From Clostridia bacterium (GTDB lineage: Bacteria; Bacillota; Clostridia; Christensenellales; Aristaeellaceae), in the NCBI GenBank assembly GCA_017431365.1, contig JAFRLF010000001.1, positions 1 to 52,003 on the forward strand: a DNA stretch of 52,003 bases, in the 5' to 3' direction. Position 1 is the first letter of the stretch, and each line of letters starts with the position of its first letter. The position numbers and the translations under genes were made by a program. Of the stretch, positions 28,864 through 38,514 are shown piece by piece. Under the pieces are notes generated by a model. The model was given only the letters and a program-made list of their open reading frames with translations. It was not told the DNA's origin and did no database searches.

Positions 28864-29799
28864 TCAGCCCTTCAGGGAGCCGATCATGATGCCCTTGACA
28901 AAGTATTTTTGTACGAACGGATACGCGATCAGCAGCGGCGCCGAGGAGATGAAGATCAGGGAATACTTCATGCCTTCAGCCATATATACCTGCCGCGCCA
29001 GCGTCAGCATGTACTCGATGTCGTCCTGACCGAGGTTCTGAGTGTTCAAATTGGCCAGGGCCGTCTGGTTCAGAAGCAGTATCCCGCGCAGGATGATCTG
29101 CAAAGGCTGCAGGTTGTTGTCAGAGATGTAGATCAGCGCCGTGAAATAGTCGTTCCAGCGCCCCACGGCGTAGAACAGCGCCATGACGGCGATGATTGGC
29201 TTGGCCAGCGGCAGCGCCATCTGGAAAAATTGCCGGAAATCGCTCGCCCCGTCGATAGTGGCGGATTCGTAGATGTCCTCAGGGATCGACGTCTGGAAGT
29301 ACACGCGGCACACGATCATATTGTAGATGGACAGGCCGCCCAGCAGGATCAGCGTATACGGCGTATTGATCAGGTGCATGTTCTTGATCTGCATGTATGT
29401 AGGGATCAGGCCGCCGCCAAAGTACATAGGGATCAGGAAATACGTCGCGAAAAAAGCGCGGCCATGGAGCTTTTTCTTGCTTAGCACGTAGGCCGTCGGC
29501 AGCGTCAGGATCAGGTTCCACAGCGTGCCCAGTGGCACGTTGATCATATTGTTCCGATAGCCGATCCAGATGCGGTTCTCCTTGAACACGTTTTGATAAG
29601 GCTCGAGCGTTGGGTTGACTGGCCATAAAACGACCTTGCCGTTTACCACGGCATAGGGGTCAGAGAATGACGCAATGACCGTAAAATAAAGAGGATACAG
29701 TATCACGAACATCAGAAGGATCATGATGATCGTATTGAACACGTCAAACACCACGTCGACCTTCGACTGACGGATTTTTGATTTTTTTATCTTCTGCAT
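28864..29799 (-). CDS. Carbohydrate ABC transporter permease (LplC-like)
   Basis: 6-TM permease with EAA-like loop; typical LplC/YtcP N-terminus and length. Confidence 0.85.
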   Translation of the reverse strand: MQKIKKSKIRQSKVDVVFDVFNTIIMILLMFVILYPLYFTVIASFSDPYAVVNGKVVLWPVNPTLEPYQNVFKENRIWIGYRNNMINVPLGTLWNLILTLPTAYVLSKKKLHGRAFFATYFLIPMYFGGGLIPTYMQIKNMHLINTPYTLILLGGLSIYNMIVCRVYFQTSIPEDIYESATIDGASDFRQFFQMALPLAKPIIAVMALFYAVGRWNDYFTALIYISDNNLQPLQIILRGILLLNQTALANLNTQNLGQDDIEYMLTLARQVYMAEGMKYSLIFISSAPLLIAYPFVQKYFVKGIMIGSLKG

Positions 29800-29813
29800 G
29801 AATGTCCGCCTCC

Positions 29814-30776
29814 TCAGAACAGGCCGATGTCGCTGACGCGCTTGGCAATGGCATTGACAATCAGCAAAAGCGTGATGTTGACGATAGTGTTAAACAAGCC
29901 GATCGCCGCCGAAGCGGAGAACTGCGCGTTCAGGAGGCCCAATTCATAGACGTAAGTAGCGATGATGTTCGAAGCGTCCAGGTTCAGCTTGTTCTGCAGC
30001 AGGTACACCTTTTCGAACCCGACGGACAGGATGCCGCCGCATGACATGATCAGCGTGATGACGATGGTGGGCATGATAGACGGAACGTTGACGTGCAGGA
30101 TGATCTGGAACCGGTTCGCGCCGTCGATGCGGGCCGCCTCCACCAGTTCCGGAGAAACGCCGGCCAGCGCCGCGATATAGAGGATGCTGCTCCAGCCGAT
30201 GCCCTGCCATACGCCGCTCCACACGTAGATCGGCGTAAACAGGTACGCTTTTTCGAGGAAGGCCGTGCGCTGTCCGCCCAGAGCCTCGGCGATATGGTTG
30301 AACAGGCCGCTGTCCTTGTTGCAGAACAGCGTGATCATTGAGCAGACCACGACTGTGGACAGGAAGTGCGGCGCATAGGTGATCATTTGAACCGTCTTTT
30401 TGAACTTCTGGTTGTCCAGCTCGTTGATCATCAGCGCCAGGATGATCGGCAGCGGGAACGTGGCCAGGGAATACAGGCTGATGCGCATCGTATTCCAGAT
30501 CAGCCGGCCGAACAGCGGGTTTTTGACAAACTTCTCAAAGTATTTGAGGCCCACCCAGGGACTGCCCCATATGCCCTTCGACGGCTTGAAATTACGGAAA
30601 GCGATCTGCACGCCGTACATGGGCATATAATTGAAAAGGAATATATAGATGACCGCCGGCGCGATCAACACGTAAAGTTGCCAGTCCGAGAGAATCCTGC
30701 GCAGTCCGCGCAGCCAGCGTGCGCTCCTCGCCGGACGGTTGATCACGCGGTTTTCTTTCGCTGCCGCTGCGTTCAT
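29814..30776 (-). CDS. Carbohydrate ABC transporter permease (LplB-like)
   Basis: N-terminus ...ILSDWQLYVLIAPAVIYIFLFNYMPMYGVQIAFRNF typical of LplB/YtcP-type polysaccharide permeases. Confidence 0.85.
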   Translation of the reverse strand: MNAAAAKENRVINRPARSARWLRGLRRILSDWQLYVLIAPAVIYIFLFNYMPMYGVQIAFRNFKPSKGIWGSPWVGLKYFEKFVKNPLFGRLIWNTMRISLYSLATFPLPIILALMINELDNQKFKKTVQMITYAPHFLSTVVVCSMITLFCNKDSGLFNHIAEALGGQRTAFLEKAYLFTPIYVWSGVWQGIGWSSILYIAALAGVSPELVEAARIDGANRFQIILHVNVPSIMPTIVITLIMSCGGILSVGFEKVYLLQNKLNLDASNIIATYVYELGLLNAQFSASAAIGLFNTIVNITLLLIVNAIAKRVSDIGLF

Positions 30777-30985
30777 ATGACCACTCCCCCTGATCCTTTT
30801 TCAAGCTCTGATCCTTCAGTCGTCCATAACCATGATGCTTAACACAAACCTCACAATTAACACAACTGTACATGAATTATACCATATTATTTAAAGTTGT
30901 CAATAGTCAATTTACTTTGGATTAATCGTAAGGCAACAATGGGCGGAATGACCGCCATTCACCCCGTCTATGATGATATAACGAA

Positions 30986-31016
30986 GCCGCCGCGCATTGT
31001 GATTATGCGCGGCGGT
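30986..31016 (-). terminator. Rho-independent terminator downstream of fucI
   Basis: GCCGCCGCGCAT-TGTGATT-ATGCGCGGCGG perfect stem; U-rich tract on the minus strand. Confidence 0.6.
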
Positions 31017-31045
31017 ATTACTATGTACTTGAGCGTTTCCCGGCC

Positions 31046-32848
31046 TTATTTCTTGTACGCGGGGCCGTAGTTGGCGCAGGCGCGGTAGTCGGCGCCCTCC
31101 TTGTCCATGCCGAAGGCGTTCCACGCGGAGGGACGGAAGATGTCCTCGGCGGGCACGTTGTGCATAGCCACGGGGATGCGCAGCATGGAGCACAGGGTGA
31201 TCAGGTCCGCGCCGATGTGGCCGTAGCTGATCGCGCCGTGGTTGGCGCCCCAGTTGTTCATGACGGCGTAGGCGTCCTTGAAGGGGCTACCGTCCTTGCC
31301 GTCGCAGCGGGGAGCGAACCAGGTGCAGGGCCAGGTGTAGTCGGTCCTCTTCCAGAGGGTGTCGGTCACCTCGTCGGGGAGCTTGACCGTCCAGCCTTCG
31401 GCGATCTGCAGCATCGGTCCAAGGCCCTTGACCAGATTCAGGCGGATCATGGTGCAAGGCATCTCGACGTCCGTGACGAAGCGGGAGGAATACCCGCCGC
31501 CGCGGAAGTAGCCCAGGTCGGCGTAGTTCCAGGTGGTGTGCGCCATGATGGCCTCCTGGTCGGCTTCGGTGACCTCGTACCAGGGCTTCATCACGGGGTT
31601 GCCCTCGACGTCAAGGGCCTTGCCGTTGGCGTCCAGGCAGCAGGCGCCGGAGTTGATCAGGTGGATGAAACCGCAGTTCTCCTTCGCCTTGCCCTCGATG
31701 TCATAGCCGGTGGCCTTCTTGACGGCCTCGGGGCTCCAGTAGGTGCGCACGTCAGCGAACATCTGGGCGCGGTTGGTCAGCAGCTTCATGAACAGCATGC
31801 CGAGGCCGTTGAGGATGTCGTTCTCCGTGGCGAGGATGTAGGGCTCGCGGGCGCCGTTGTGGTCAAAGCTGGTGTTGAGCATGGCCTCGGGGAAGTCGCA
31901 GTTCGGATAGAAGTCCGTCCACTGACGCTGTCCCTGGAAACCGCCGGCGATGGCGTTGTGACCGACGGACTCTTCCTCGCAGCCCTCGGGCAGGTTCTTG
32001 TTACCGTTCATCAGGTCCTTGATGATCAGGTACATCTTCAGCGTGAACTCCCAGTCGGCGTCCTTCTGGATGCGGTTGCGCTGCAGGTTCTCGGGGTTCT
32101 TGTCAAAGCCCTCCTTGACGTACTTCGCCGCCCAGGCCTTGAGCTTTTCGAATTCTTTCCTGTCGTAGATGCCCAGCGTCATGCGGCGGATAATCTCGAC
32201 CTCGTCCACGGACTCCACGCGCATGCCCAGGTAGTCCTCGATGAAATGCGTGTCCATGATCGACCCGCCGATGCCCATCGTGATGGAGCCGATCTGCAGG
32301 TAGCTCTTGCGGCGCATGGTGGCCACGGCCACGGCGGCGCGCCCGAAGCGGAGCAGCTTCTCCGTCACGTCGCAGGGGATCTCGGTGGCGTCGGCGTCCT
32401 GCACGTCATGGCCGTAAATGCCGAAGGCCGGCAGGCCCTTCTGCGCGTGGCTCGCCAGCACGCTGGCCAGGTAGACCGCGCCAGGGCGCTCCGTGCCGTT
32501 AAAGCCCCAGACCGCCTTGATGGTGTCGCGGTCCATGTCCATGGTCTCGGAGCCGTAGCACCAGCAGGGTGTCACGGTGAGGGTGATCTCCACGCCCTCC
32601 TTGCGGAATTTCTCGGCGCAGGCGGCGGCCTCCGCCACGCGGCCGATGGTGGTGTCGGCGATGACGACCTTTACCGGCTCGCCGTTTGAATAGCGCAGGT
32701 TTTCGGTGAACAGCTTCGCGGCGGATTTGGCCATGTTCATGGTCTGATCCTCCAGGCTCTCGCGCACCTTCAAAACGCCTCTGCGCCCGTCGATGGTGGG
32801 ACGGATGCCGATCACGGGATAATCTCCGACGTAACGATTTGCAGCCAT
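31046..32848 (-). CDS. fucI: L-fucose isomerase
   Basis: 600 aa; N-terminus [16 protein letters not shown]...RESLEDQT and overall similarity to FucI. Confidence 0.9.
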   Translation of the reverse strand: MAANRYVGDYPVIGIRPTIDGRRGVLKVRESLEDQTMNMAKSAAKLFTENLRYSNGEPVKVVIADTTIGRVAEAAACAEKFRKEGVEITLTVTPCWCYGSETMDMDRDTIKAVWGFNGTERPGAVYLASVLASHAQKGLPAFGIYGHDVQDADATEIPCDVTEKLLRFGRAAVAVATMRRKSYLQIGSITMGIGGSIMDTHFIEDYLGMRVESVDEVEIIRRMTLGIYDRKEFEKLKAWAAKYVKEGFDKNPENLQRNRIQKDADWEFTLKMYLIIKDLMNGNKNLPEGCEEESVGHNAIAGGFQGQRQWTDFYPNCDFPEAMLNTSFDHNGAREPYILATENDILNGLGMLFMKLLTNRAQMFADVRTYWSPEAVKKATGYDIEGKAKENCGFIHLINSGACCLDANGKALDVEGNPVMKPWYEVTEADQEAIMAHTTWNYADLGYFRGGGYSSRFVTDVEMPCTMIRLNLVKGLGPMLQIAEGWTVKLPDEVTDTLWKRTDYTWPCTWFAPRCDGKDGSPFKDAYAVMNNWGANHGAISYGHIGADLITLCSMLRIPVAMHNVPAEDIFRPSAWNAFGMDKEGADYRACANYGPAYKK

Positions 32849-32939
32849 GGGAATCTCCTTCCTTTCGAATCAAAACTTACATTGAGATTTTAACACAGTT
32901 TTTCGCCCGTGTATACACGCCGGGGGAAAGTTTTCAGCC

Positions 32940-34109
32940 TCAGGCGTCCCGGTTCGGGTACCAGAACAAAAGCTTTTCCCCCAGGAGCTTGCCCGCCGCC
33001 TCGATAAAGAAGTAGTCGGCGTACGTCATGGTGATGTGCCGGCCCGCCGGCTCGTGCCAGGCGGCCGTGCACTGGGTGAATATGGCGGGGTCGTCCAGAG
33101 CCCAGTTGGCGCATTCGCGCTCCTGCGCCCTGAGGATGCGCAGCCCCGCGTCGAAATAGGGCTTCCCCTCGCTTTCCAGGAGCGCCCGCGCCAGCTCAAG
33201 CAGCCCGCTCGCCGCGATGTTGCCGGCCGCGTTGTCCCTTACGGGAGGCTCTTCCGGCTGGCGGAAGTCGCATCGGGGGATCCAGTCGTCCGCGGTCTGA
33301 CTAATGAAATAATTGGCCACCTTTTTGGCCGTGTCCAAATACCGCGCCTCGCCCGTGTGCAGATACGACAGCGTGAACCCATAAAGCGCCCAGCTCTGGC
33401 CGCGGCTCCAGGAGGAGCCCCTCTCGTAGCCCTGGCCGCCGGGGTTGTCCAAAAACGCCCCCGTCTCCGAATCGAAGATGACGATGTGATTGCACGACCC
33501 GTCCGGCCGGACAAAGTATTCCATCGTCGTGTCGGCATGGCGCATGGCGATCTGCCTGTATCGCGGGTCGCCCGTCGTCTCGCTGGCCCAGTAAAGGATC
33601 GGCAGGTTCATCATGCAGTCCACGATGGCCCAGCCCTCGCGCCCCGCGCCATCCCACGCGCGAATGAAGCCGTGGGGGTTAAACCGCGAGGCCAGCGTCG
33701 TCGCCGCGAAAAGGGTGCGGTCATAGCTGTCCGCGTTGCCCTCCAGCGCGAAGCGCACGCCGGATTGGATCAGCCACATGAACCCCACGTCGTGATCCAG
33801 GGCCTTGAAATTGCGCAGCGCGGCGTCGAGCATCCCTTCGGCGCGGACGGCCTCGTCGCGGTAAAGGCTGTCGCCGGTCATCAGGTACATCTGCCACATG
33901 CTGGCCGGCCAGAAGCCGTTGGTCCACCAGCCGATCTGCGTCGGCTTCCAGTCTCCGTTCTCCGTCGAGTAAGGGATATAATCCTTCCCGCGCGCCTTTT
34001 CGACGCCGTAGCGCATCTTGGCGTCAAGGCGCTCTTTCACATCGGACAGCCACGCCCGATCCTCCGCCTTCAGCGCGGCGCAGATGTCAAACCGTCCCAT
34101 GCCGTCCAT
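32940..34109 (-). CDS. Glycoside hydrolase family 88/105 (unsaturated glucuronyl/rhamnogalacturonyl hydrolase)
   Basis: 389 aa alpha6/alpha6-barrel-type sequence with the conserved W/D-rich blocks of UGL/YteR enzymes. Confidence 0.7.
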   Translation of the reverse strand: MDGMGRFDICAALKAEDRAWLSDVKERLDAKMRYGVEKARGKDYIPYSTENGDWKPTQIGWWTNGFWPASMWQMYLMTGDSLYRDEAVRAEGMLDAALRNFKALDHDVGFMWLIQSGVRFALEGNADSYDRTLFAATTLASRFNPHGFIRAWDGAGREGWAIVDCMMNLPILYWASETTGDPRYRQIAMRHADTTMEYFVRPDGSCNHIVIFDSETGAFLDNPGGQGYERGSSWSRGQSWALYGFTLSYLHTGEARYLDTAKKVANYFISQTADDWIPRCDFRQPEEPPVRDNAAGNIAASGLLELARALLESEGKPYFDAGLRILRAQERECANWALDDPAIFTQCTAAWHEPAGRHITMTYADYFFIEAAGKLLGEKLLFWYPNRDA

Positions 34110-34148
34110 CCCCGTCCTTTCCGTCGAGCTTACGCCGTGTTCCTGAAA

Positions 34149-35246
34149 TCAGACGTTGAACCGGAAGAGGGTCACGTCTCCGTCCTGCATGACGTAGTCC
34201 TTGCCTTCGCTGCGGATGAGGCCCTTCTCGCGGCAGGCGGTCATCGACCCCTCGCGCACCAGGTCGTCATAGGATACGATCTCCGCCCGGATGAAGCCCT
34301 TTTCAAAGTCCGTGTGGATCTTGCCCGCCGCCTGAGGGGCCTTCGTACCCTTTTCGATGGTCCAGGCGCGGACTTCCTTGGGGCCGGCGGTCAGGTAGCT
34401 GATCAGGCCCAGCAGGTCGTAGCTCACCTGCACCAGGCGGTCAAGCCCGCTCTCGGGGATGCCCATGTCTTCCAGGAACTCCTGCTTTTCCTCGGGCGGG
34501 AGCTGGGCGATCTCCTCCTCCACCTTTGCCGATATGACCATGACGGACGCGCCTTCGCTCTCGGCGATGGCCTTGACCTTCTTCACGTTCGGCAGGTTCT
34601 CCGGATCCTCCCCAAGCTCGTCCTCGGAGATGTTCGCGGCGTACAGGACGGGCTTGTCGGTCAGGAGGAACCAGTTCGCGGCGGCCTCGCGCTCCTCGTC
34701 CGTCAGGTCGCACGTGCGGGCGGGCTTGCCCTCGTTGAAGTGCGCCATGAGCTTGTTGGCGGCGGAGAGCTCGGTCGCCATCTTGCTGTCGCCGGTGCGC
34801 ACCAGGTGGTTCGCCTTGTCCTGGCGCTTTCCAACCGTCTCCATATCCGCGAGGATCAGCTCGGTCTCTATGGTCTCGATGTCCCGCGCGGGGTCGATGG
34901 ACCCGTCGACGTGGATGATGTTGTCGTCCTCGAAGCAGCGCACGACGTGCACGATGGCGTCCACCTCGCGGATGTGGGAGAGGAACTTGTTCCCCAGGCC
35001 CTCGCCCCGGCTCGCGCCCTTGACCAGTCCGGCGATGTCCACGAACTCAATGGTGGCGGGGGTGTACTTCTCCGGGTGGTACATTTCAGCCAGAACGTCC
35101 AGCCGCTTGTCCGGCACGGCCACGACGCCGGTATTCGGCTCGATGGTGCAGAAGGGATAGTTGGCCGCCTGCGCCCCCGCGCAGGTGATGGCGTTAAAAA
35201 GCGTGCTCTTTCCCACATTGGGGAGACCTACGACGCCTAATTTCAT
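34149..35246 (-). CDS. ychF: Redox-regulated ATPase YchF (ribosome-binding Obg-family GTPase/ATPase)
   Basis: G1 GLPNVGKST, NxxE specificity motif, TGS C-terminal domain; 365 aa. Confidence 0.9.
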   Translation of the reverse strand: MKLGVVGLPNVGKSTLFNAITCAGAQAANYPFCTIEPNTGVVAVPDKRLDVLAEMYHPEKYTPATIEFVDIAGLVKGASRGEGLGNKFLSHIREVDAIVHVVRCFEDDNIIHVDGSIDPARDIETIETELILADMETVGKRQDKANHLVRTGDSKMATELSAANKLMAHFNEGKPARTCDLTDEEREAAANWFLLTDKPVLYAANISEDELGEDPENLPNVKKVKAIAESEGASVMVISAKVEEEIAQLPPEEKQEFLEDMGIPESGLDRLVQVSYDLLGLISYLTAGPKEVRAWTIEKGTKAPQAAGKIHTDFEKGFIRAEIVSYDDLVREGSMTACREKGLIRSEGKDYVMQDGDVTLFRFNV

Positions 35247-35340
35247 TTATCTTCACATCTCCTTGTCCGTCGTTTCATCGCGTATTGTACCATAAAGGCA
35301 GAGATTCTTCAACTGAAACAGAAGAAGATCATTCCGTCTG

Positions 35341-36723
35341 TCAATCAAACAGGCTATTTAGCGCAATAAGTATTATTTTCTCATCTGTATTCTTTTTTTC
35401 AAATCCTGATCTGGAGAAAAAACCATATTTATATGGATGCAACGGCGTCTTCTCTACCTGTTCGATCTCCTTCCGGATCATGCTGTCCGTCAGAATGCCT
35501 TTTCGGAATTTGACTTCATAGAAAATATAACCCTCCGGGTCCAGCGTCACAACATCAAACTCGCCATTAGTCCTGGTTTCCTTATCGTCATACCAGTATT
35601 TTCCGATCTTGTCAAATATCTCAGGCAACAGGCCCCGGCGGTTTTGTCGGATCAGGTATTGCCTGCAGATGACTTCAAACGACTGCGGTACGAACTGACT
35701 TTCAAAGTCTTCCTGAATATAGCGATCCCAGAAGACCTCCCGATCCATCACGCTGAGTTGCGAGGCGTACCGAAAGATATATCTGTAAAAAAAGCGCGAC
35801 AACTGATCCGTTATAACATATCCCGCTTTCCGGCGATTGTCTTCATCATTGATCGGGACACGCTTCTCAACGACTTCCATACGGATCAGCCGCTCCAGTA
35901 CATCCGCCAAAGTTGGACTGGATGAAACATGAGATTGCGAAAGGATATCGCTGAATCTGGTATATCCCCTTGAGAGCGTCTCAAACACTTCGTTTGCGTT
36001 GGTTATTTTCGATACCTCAGATTTGAGAAACATCGTCACTTCATTTTCCAGCCGCGCGCCGCAAGAGGCGATCAATTCAATTATATTTTCCCGAACCGAT
36101 TTGTTACAGTCGATCAATCGATTATAATAGGGAATTCCTCCAAACACGCTGAACAATCTCACTTTGTCTTCCGGTGAAAAATCAGGGTAAAAAAGGGCTG
36201 ATTCCCAATAATCCATGGGCTTGAGATCAATCGTCAGGTCTATCCTTCCATATAAAGGGTTTTCCCTCATGAGAAGAGACTTCATGACATCCACAAAAGA
36301 ACCACAGATGATCAGTTTAAGCCTGGAAACCTCCCGGTACTTGTCGATCAACGCCTGAATAACGCTGTCCAAACCGGAAACACTGTCTCTCAAATAGGAG
36401 AACTCATCCAGCACCAGGACGATTTCTCTGTCCCTCGAGGCTTTAAAGATATATTCAAGACATGCCTCCATGTTTCCAAACGCCAGCGGCGGAAATTCAA
36501 AGGCCTCAGAAATCAATTCAGACAAGTTCGCAGCGTTGCTCAGCTCTGCCGTCTGCCTGCACTCATAATATATGCTTTTGACACCGCTTTCCCTCAGGCA
36601 CTGCTTGATCAGTTCGCTCTTGCCCACACGACGACGTCCATATACCAGCGCGGCGGCAAAACCCTGTCTGTCAAGCATTTTATGAAGGCGTTTGCGTTCC
36701 TCTTCCCGGCCAACGAATTTCAT
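35341..36723 (-). CDS. AAA ATPase (ATPase_2/archaeal-ATPase-like with DUF234 C-terminal domain)
   Basis: Walker A YGRRRVGKS, Walker B LVLDEFSY; low GC (~45%) relative to flanks. Confidence 0.75.
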   Translation of the reverse strand: MKFVGREEERKRLHKMLDRQGFAAALVYGRRRVGKSELIKQCLRESGVKSIYYECRQTAELSNAANLSELISEAFEFPPLAFGNMEACLEYIFKASRDREIVLVLDEFSYLRDSVSGLDSVIQALIDKYREVSRLKLIICGSFVDVMKSLLMRENPLYGRIDLTIDLKPMDYWESALFYPDFSPEDKVRLFSVFGGIPYYNRLIDCNKSVRENIIELIASCGARLENEVTMFLKSEVSKITNANEVFETLSRGYTRFSDILSQSHVSSSPTLADVLERLIRMEVVEKRVPINDEDNRRKAGYVITDQLSRFFYRYIFRYASQLSVMDREVFWDRYIQEDFESQFVPQSFEVICRQYLIRQNRRGLLPEIFDKIGKYWYDDKETRTNGEFDVVTLDPEGYIFYEVKFRKGILTDSMIRKEIEQVEKTPLHPYKYGFFSRSGFEKKNTDEKIILIALNSLFD

Positions 36724-36815
36724 TTACTCGATCATCTCCGACTCGGTATGTACTGAGTTAATTGTAACACAGCCGTTCAGCCCTGTCAACAAACGCTGAA
36801 CCATCCATTTCAAAC

Positions 36816-36898
36816 ATTGCTCAGTTGTTTATTCATGGATTTACAATACCATATGTCTGGATTCTATACTATAATTTCTGCGCGGTCTTTCCATAAAG
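36816..36898. repeat. ~85-bp intergenic repeat element, copy A (second copy at 44320..44402, ~80% identical)
   Basis: Shared blocks TGCTCAGTTGTTT..CATG..., perfect 20-mer CTGGATTCTATACTATAATT, and GCGGT.TTTCCATAA; lies ~95-175 nt upstream of the minus-strand gene start at 36723. Confidence 0.8.
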
Positions 36899-37056
36899 CA
36901 AGTCAAGGCCAAAACACAGCGGCTTCTACCGTCTTGTTACTATCCTGTTCGCCGTCCAGATCCATAAAACGCGTAAACCGGCGCTTGTCTATGCGCCGGC
37001 TTTGTGATAATATATGTAAGGCTTATTTAATCAATCAGATAAGGAGTGACCCGACC

Positions 37057-38412
37057 ATGAAAAAAGCCCTGGCCCTGGTATTGGTTCTGCTGTTTACGGT
37101 TTCAGGCTGCGCCCTGGCCGACGGCGTCTGGATGCGTCAGCTCCCCCAGTACGTCTATACCAACGCCGTACTGATGAGCCCCGAATCCTACCCCGAGGTA
37201 CGGCTGACCACTCAGAGCATCTATGAATTCTTCAACACATACGACCCCGTGACGCCGACGTTCCTCTGCTTCCCCGGCCCGGAGAACGCCTATCCCGAGA
37301 ACTTTGACCTGGATTACGTTCATTACCTGGACGTGGACAACCACATCCAGTATTCGTATCAGGTGTTCGAGTCCAACTCCTTCGAGGAGTTCCTGAACAA
37401 GGCCGAATCGGACGACTATATCCTCCTGGACGGCGAGGACGACGTGGCCGTACGCATCGCTCCGGAAGAATTCAGGGTATACGGCATGATCGCCACCCGC
37501 GAATTCGGCCGCTCCTCGAAGCTGATCTTCCAGATCAAAATGGATCAGCTCGACAGCAAAATGCCCGCCGACACGATCATCAGCTCCCTTTCCGAGATCG
37601 GCCTCAAGGAAGCCGGCCGCATCCAGGCGGCCCTGCGCTACGAGACTTATCCCGATATGTCCGCCTTCAACAACTACGACGGCATTAAAATGCTGCACAC
37701 GAACGACTTTGATTATCTACTGAAGGTCGCCTTCCCGCAGTTTACGGTGGGAAATGTCACCGCTACTCCGTTCGTTTACAAATACATGTATGACGAGCTG
37801 GAGATCTGCTATGACTTGGGCGAGGGCAGATACGCCCAGGTCAACTACGCCATCGACGACAACCCCTATCCCATCTACCGCATGGAGAACGACGACCCGG
37901 ACGCTCAGGAGATCACCCTCTCCGACGGCAGCACCTGGTATATCTTTATGAACGGCCTGTCGGAATACGGCAAATCCACTTACGTCTACGCCTCCACGCC
38001 GATCGGCCATCAGAGCTACTGGGGCAATGACGAATTCCTCACCATTCATATCGACCTTGAGAAGCTGGAATGGCCCAACGTTGAGGAATTCATCGCCGAT
38101 CTTGAGAACCTCTACATGGGCAGCTTCGAGGCCGTGAGCGCCTCTTCCGACCCCTATGTGCCCAGCGTGGTCACGCCCGCTGCCAGCGCTCAGGAACCCG
38201 AACCGGCGGTTCAGGAGCCGGCAGGCGAGCCCCAGCAGGCGCCCGCGGCCAGTGAAAACTGGGTTTGCCCCGAATGCGGCACGGAAAACAGCGGCAATTT
38301 CTGCACCGAGTGCGGCACAGCCCGTCCCGTTTCCAACGAATGGACCTGCCCCGAGTGCGGCCGCGTCAACGACGGCAAGTTCTGCCCCGAGTGCGGCACC
38401 GCGAAGCCCTGA
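37057..38412 (+). CDS. Lipoprotein with C-terminal tandem zinc-ribbon motifs
   Basis: Lipobox LFTVSGC after signal peptide; C-terminus NWVCPECGTENSGNFCTECGTARP / EWTCPECGRVNDGKFCPECGTAKP (two 25-aa repeats, nt 38254-38328 and 38335-38409); AAGGAGTG RBS. ORF track start 36817 is spurious upstream read-through. Confidence 0.7.
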   Translation: MKKALALVLVLLFTVSGCALADGVWMRQLPQYVYTNAVLMSPESYPEVRLTTQSIYEFFNTYDPVTPTFLCFPGPENAYPENFDLDYVHYLDVDNHIQYSYQVFESNSFEEFLNKAESDDYILLDGEDDVAVRIAPEEFRVYGMIATREFGRSSKLIFQIKMDQLDSKMPADTIISSLSEIGLKEAGRIQAALRYETYPDMSAFNNYDGIKMLHTNDFDYLLKVAFPQFTVGNVTATPFVYKYMYDELEICYDLGEGRYAQVNYAIDDNPYPIYRMENDDPDAQEITLSDGSTWYIFMNGLSEYGKSTYVYASTPIGHQSYWGNDEFLTIHIDLEKLEWPNVEEFIADLENLYMGSFEAVSASSDPYVPSVVTPAASAQEPEPAVQEPAGEPQQAPAASENWVCPECGTENSGNFCTECGTARPVSNEWTCPECGRVNDGKFCPECGTAKP

Positions 38413-38455
38413 GTCACCTTCGCCTGCGAGTCCCGTGTAAACCGAATACAGATAA

Positions 38456-38501
38456 GGCGTCGCTGCGGAAGCAAGAATTTCCGCAGCGACGCCCTTTTTT
38501 T
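38456..38501. terminator. Strong bidirectional Rho-independent terminator
   Basis: GGCGTCGCTGCGGAA-GCAAGAA-TTCCGCAGCGACGCC perfect 15-bp stem followed by TTTTTTT. Confidence 0.85.
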
Positions 38502-38514
38502 GCGGCCGCCGTGA

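Noticed and set aside
36724-36850. Mini-ORFs inside the two intergenic repeat copies (minus strand MNKQLSNV* in copy A, MDKQLSMSFVQ... in copy B)
   Set aside because: No ribosome-binding site before either ATG and the lengths differ (8 vs 23 codons); conservation is better explained at the nucleotide level (promoter/leader).
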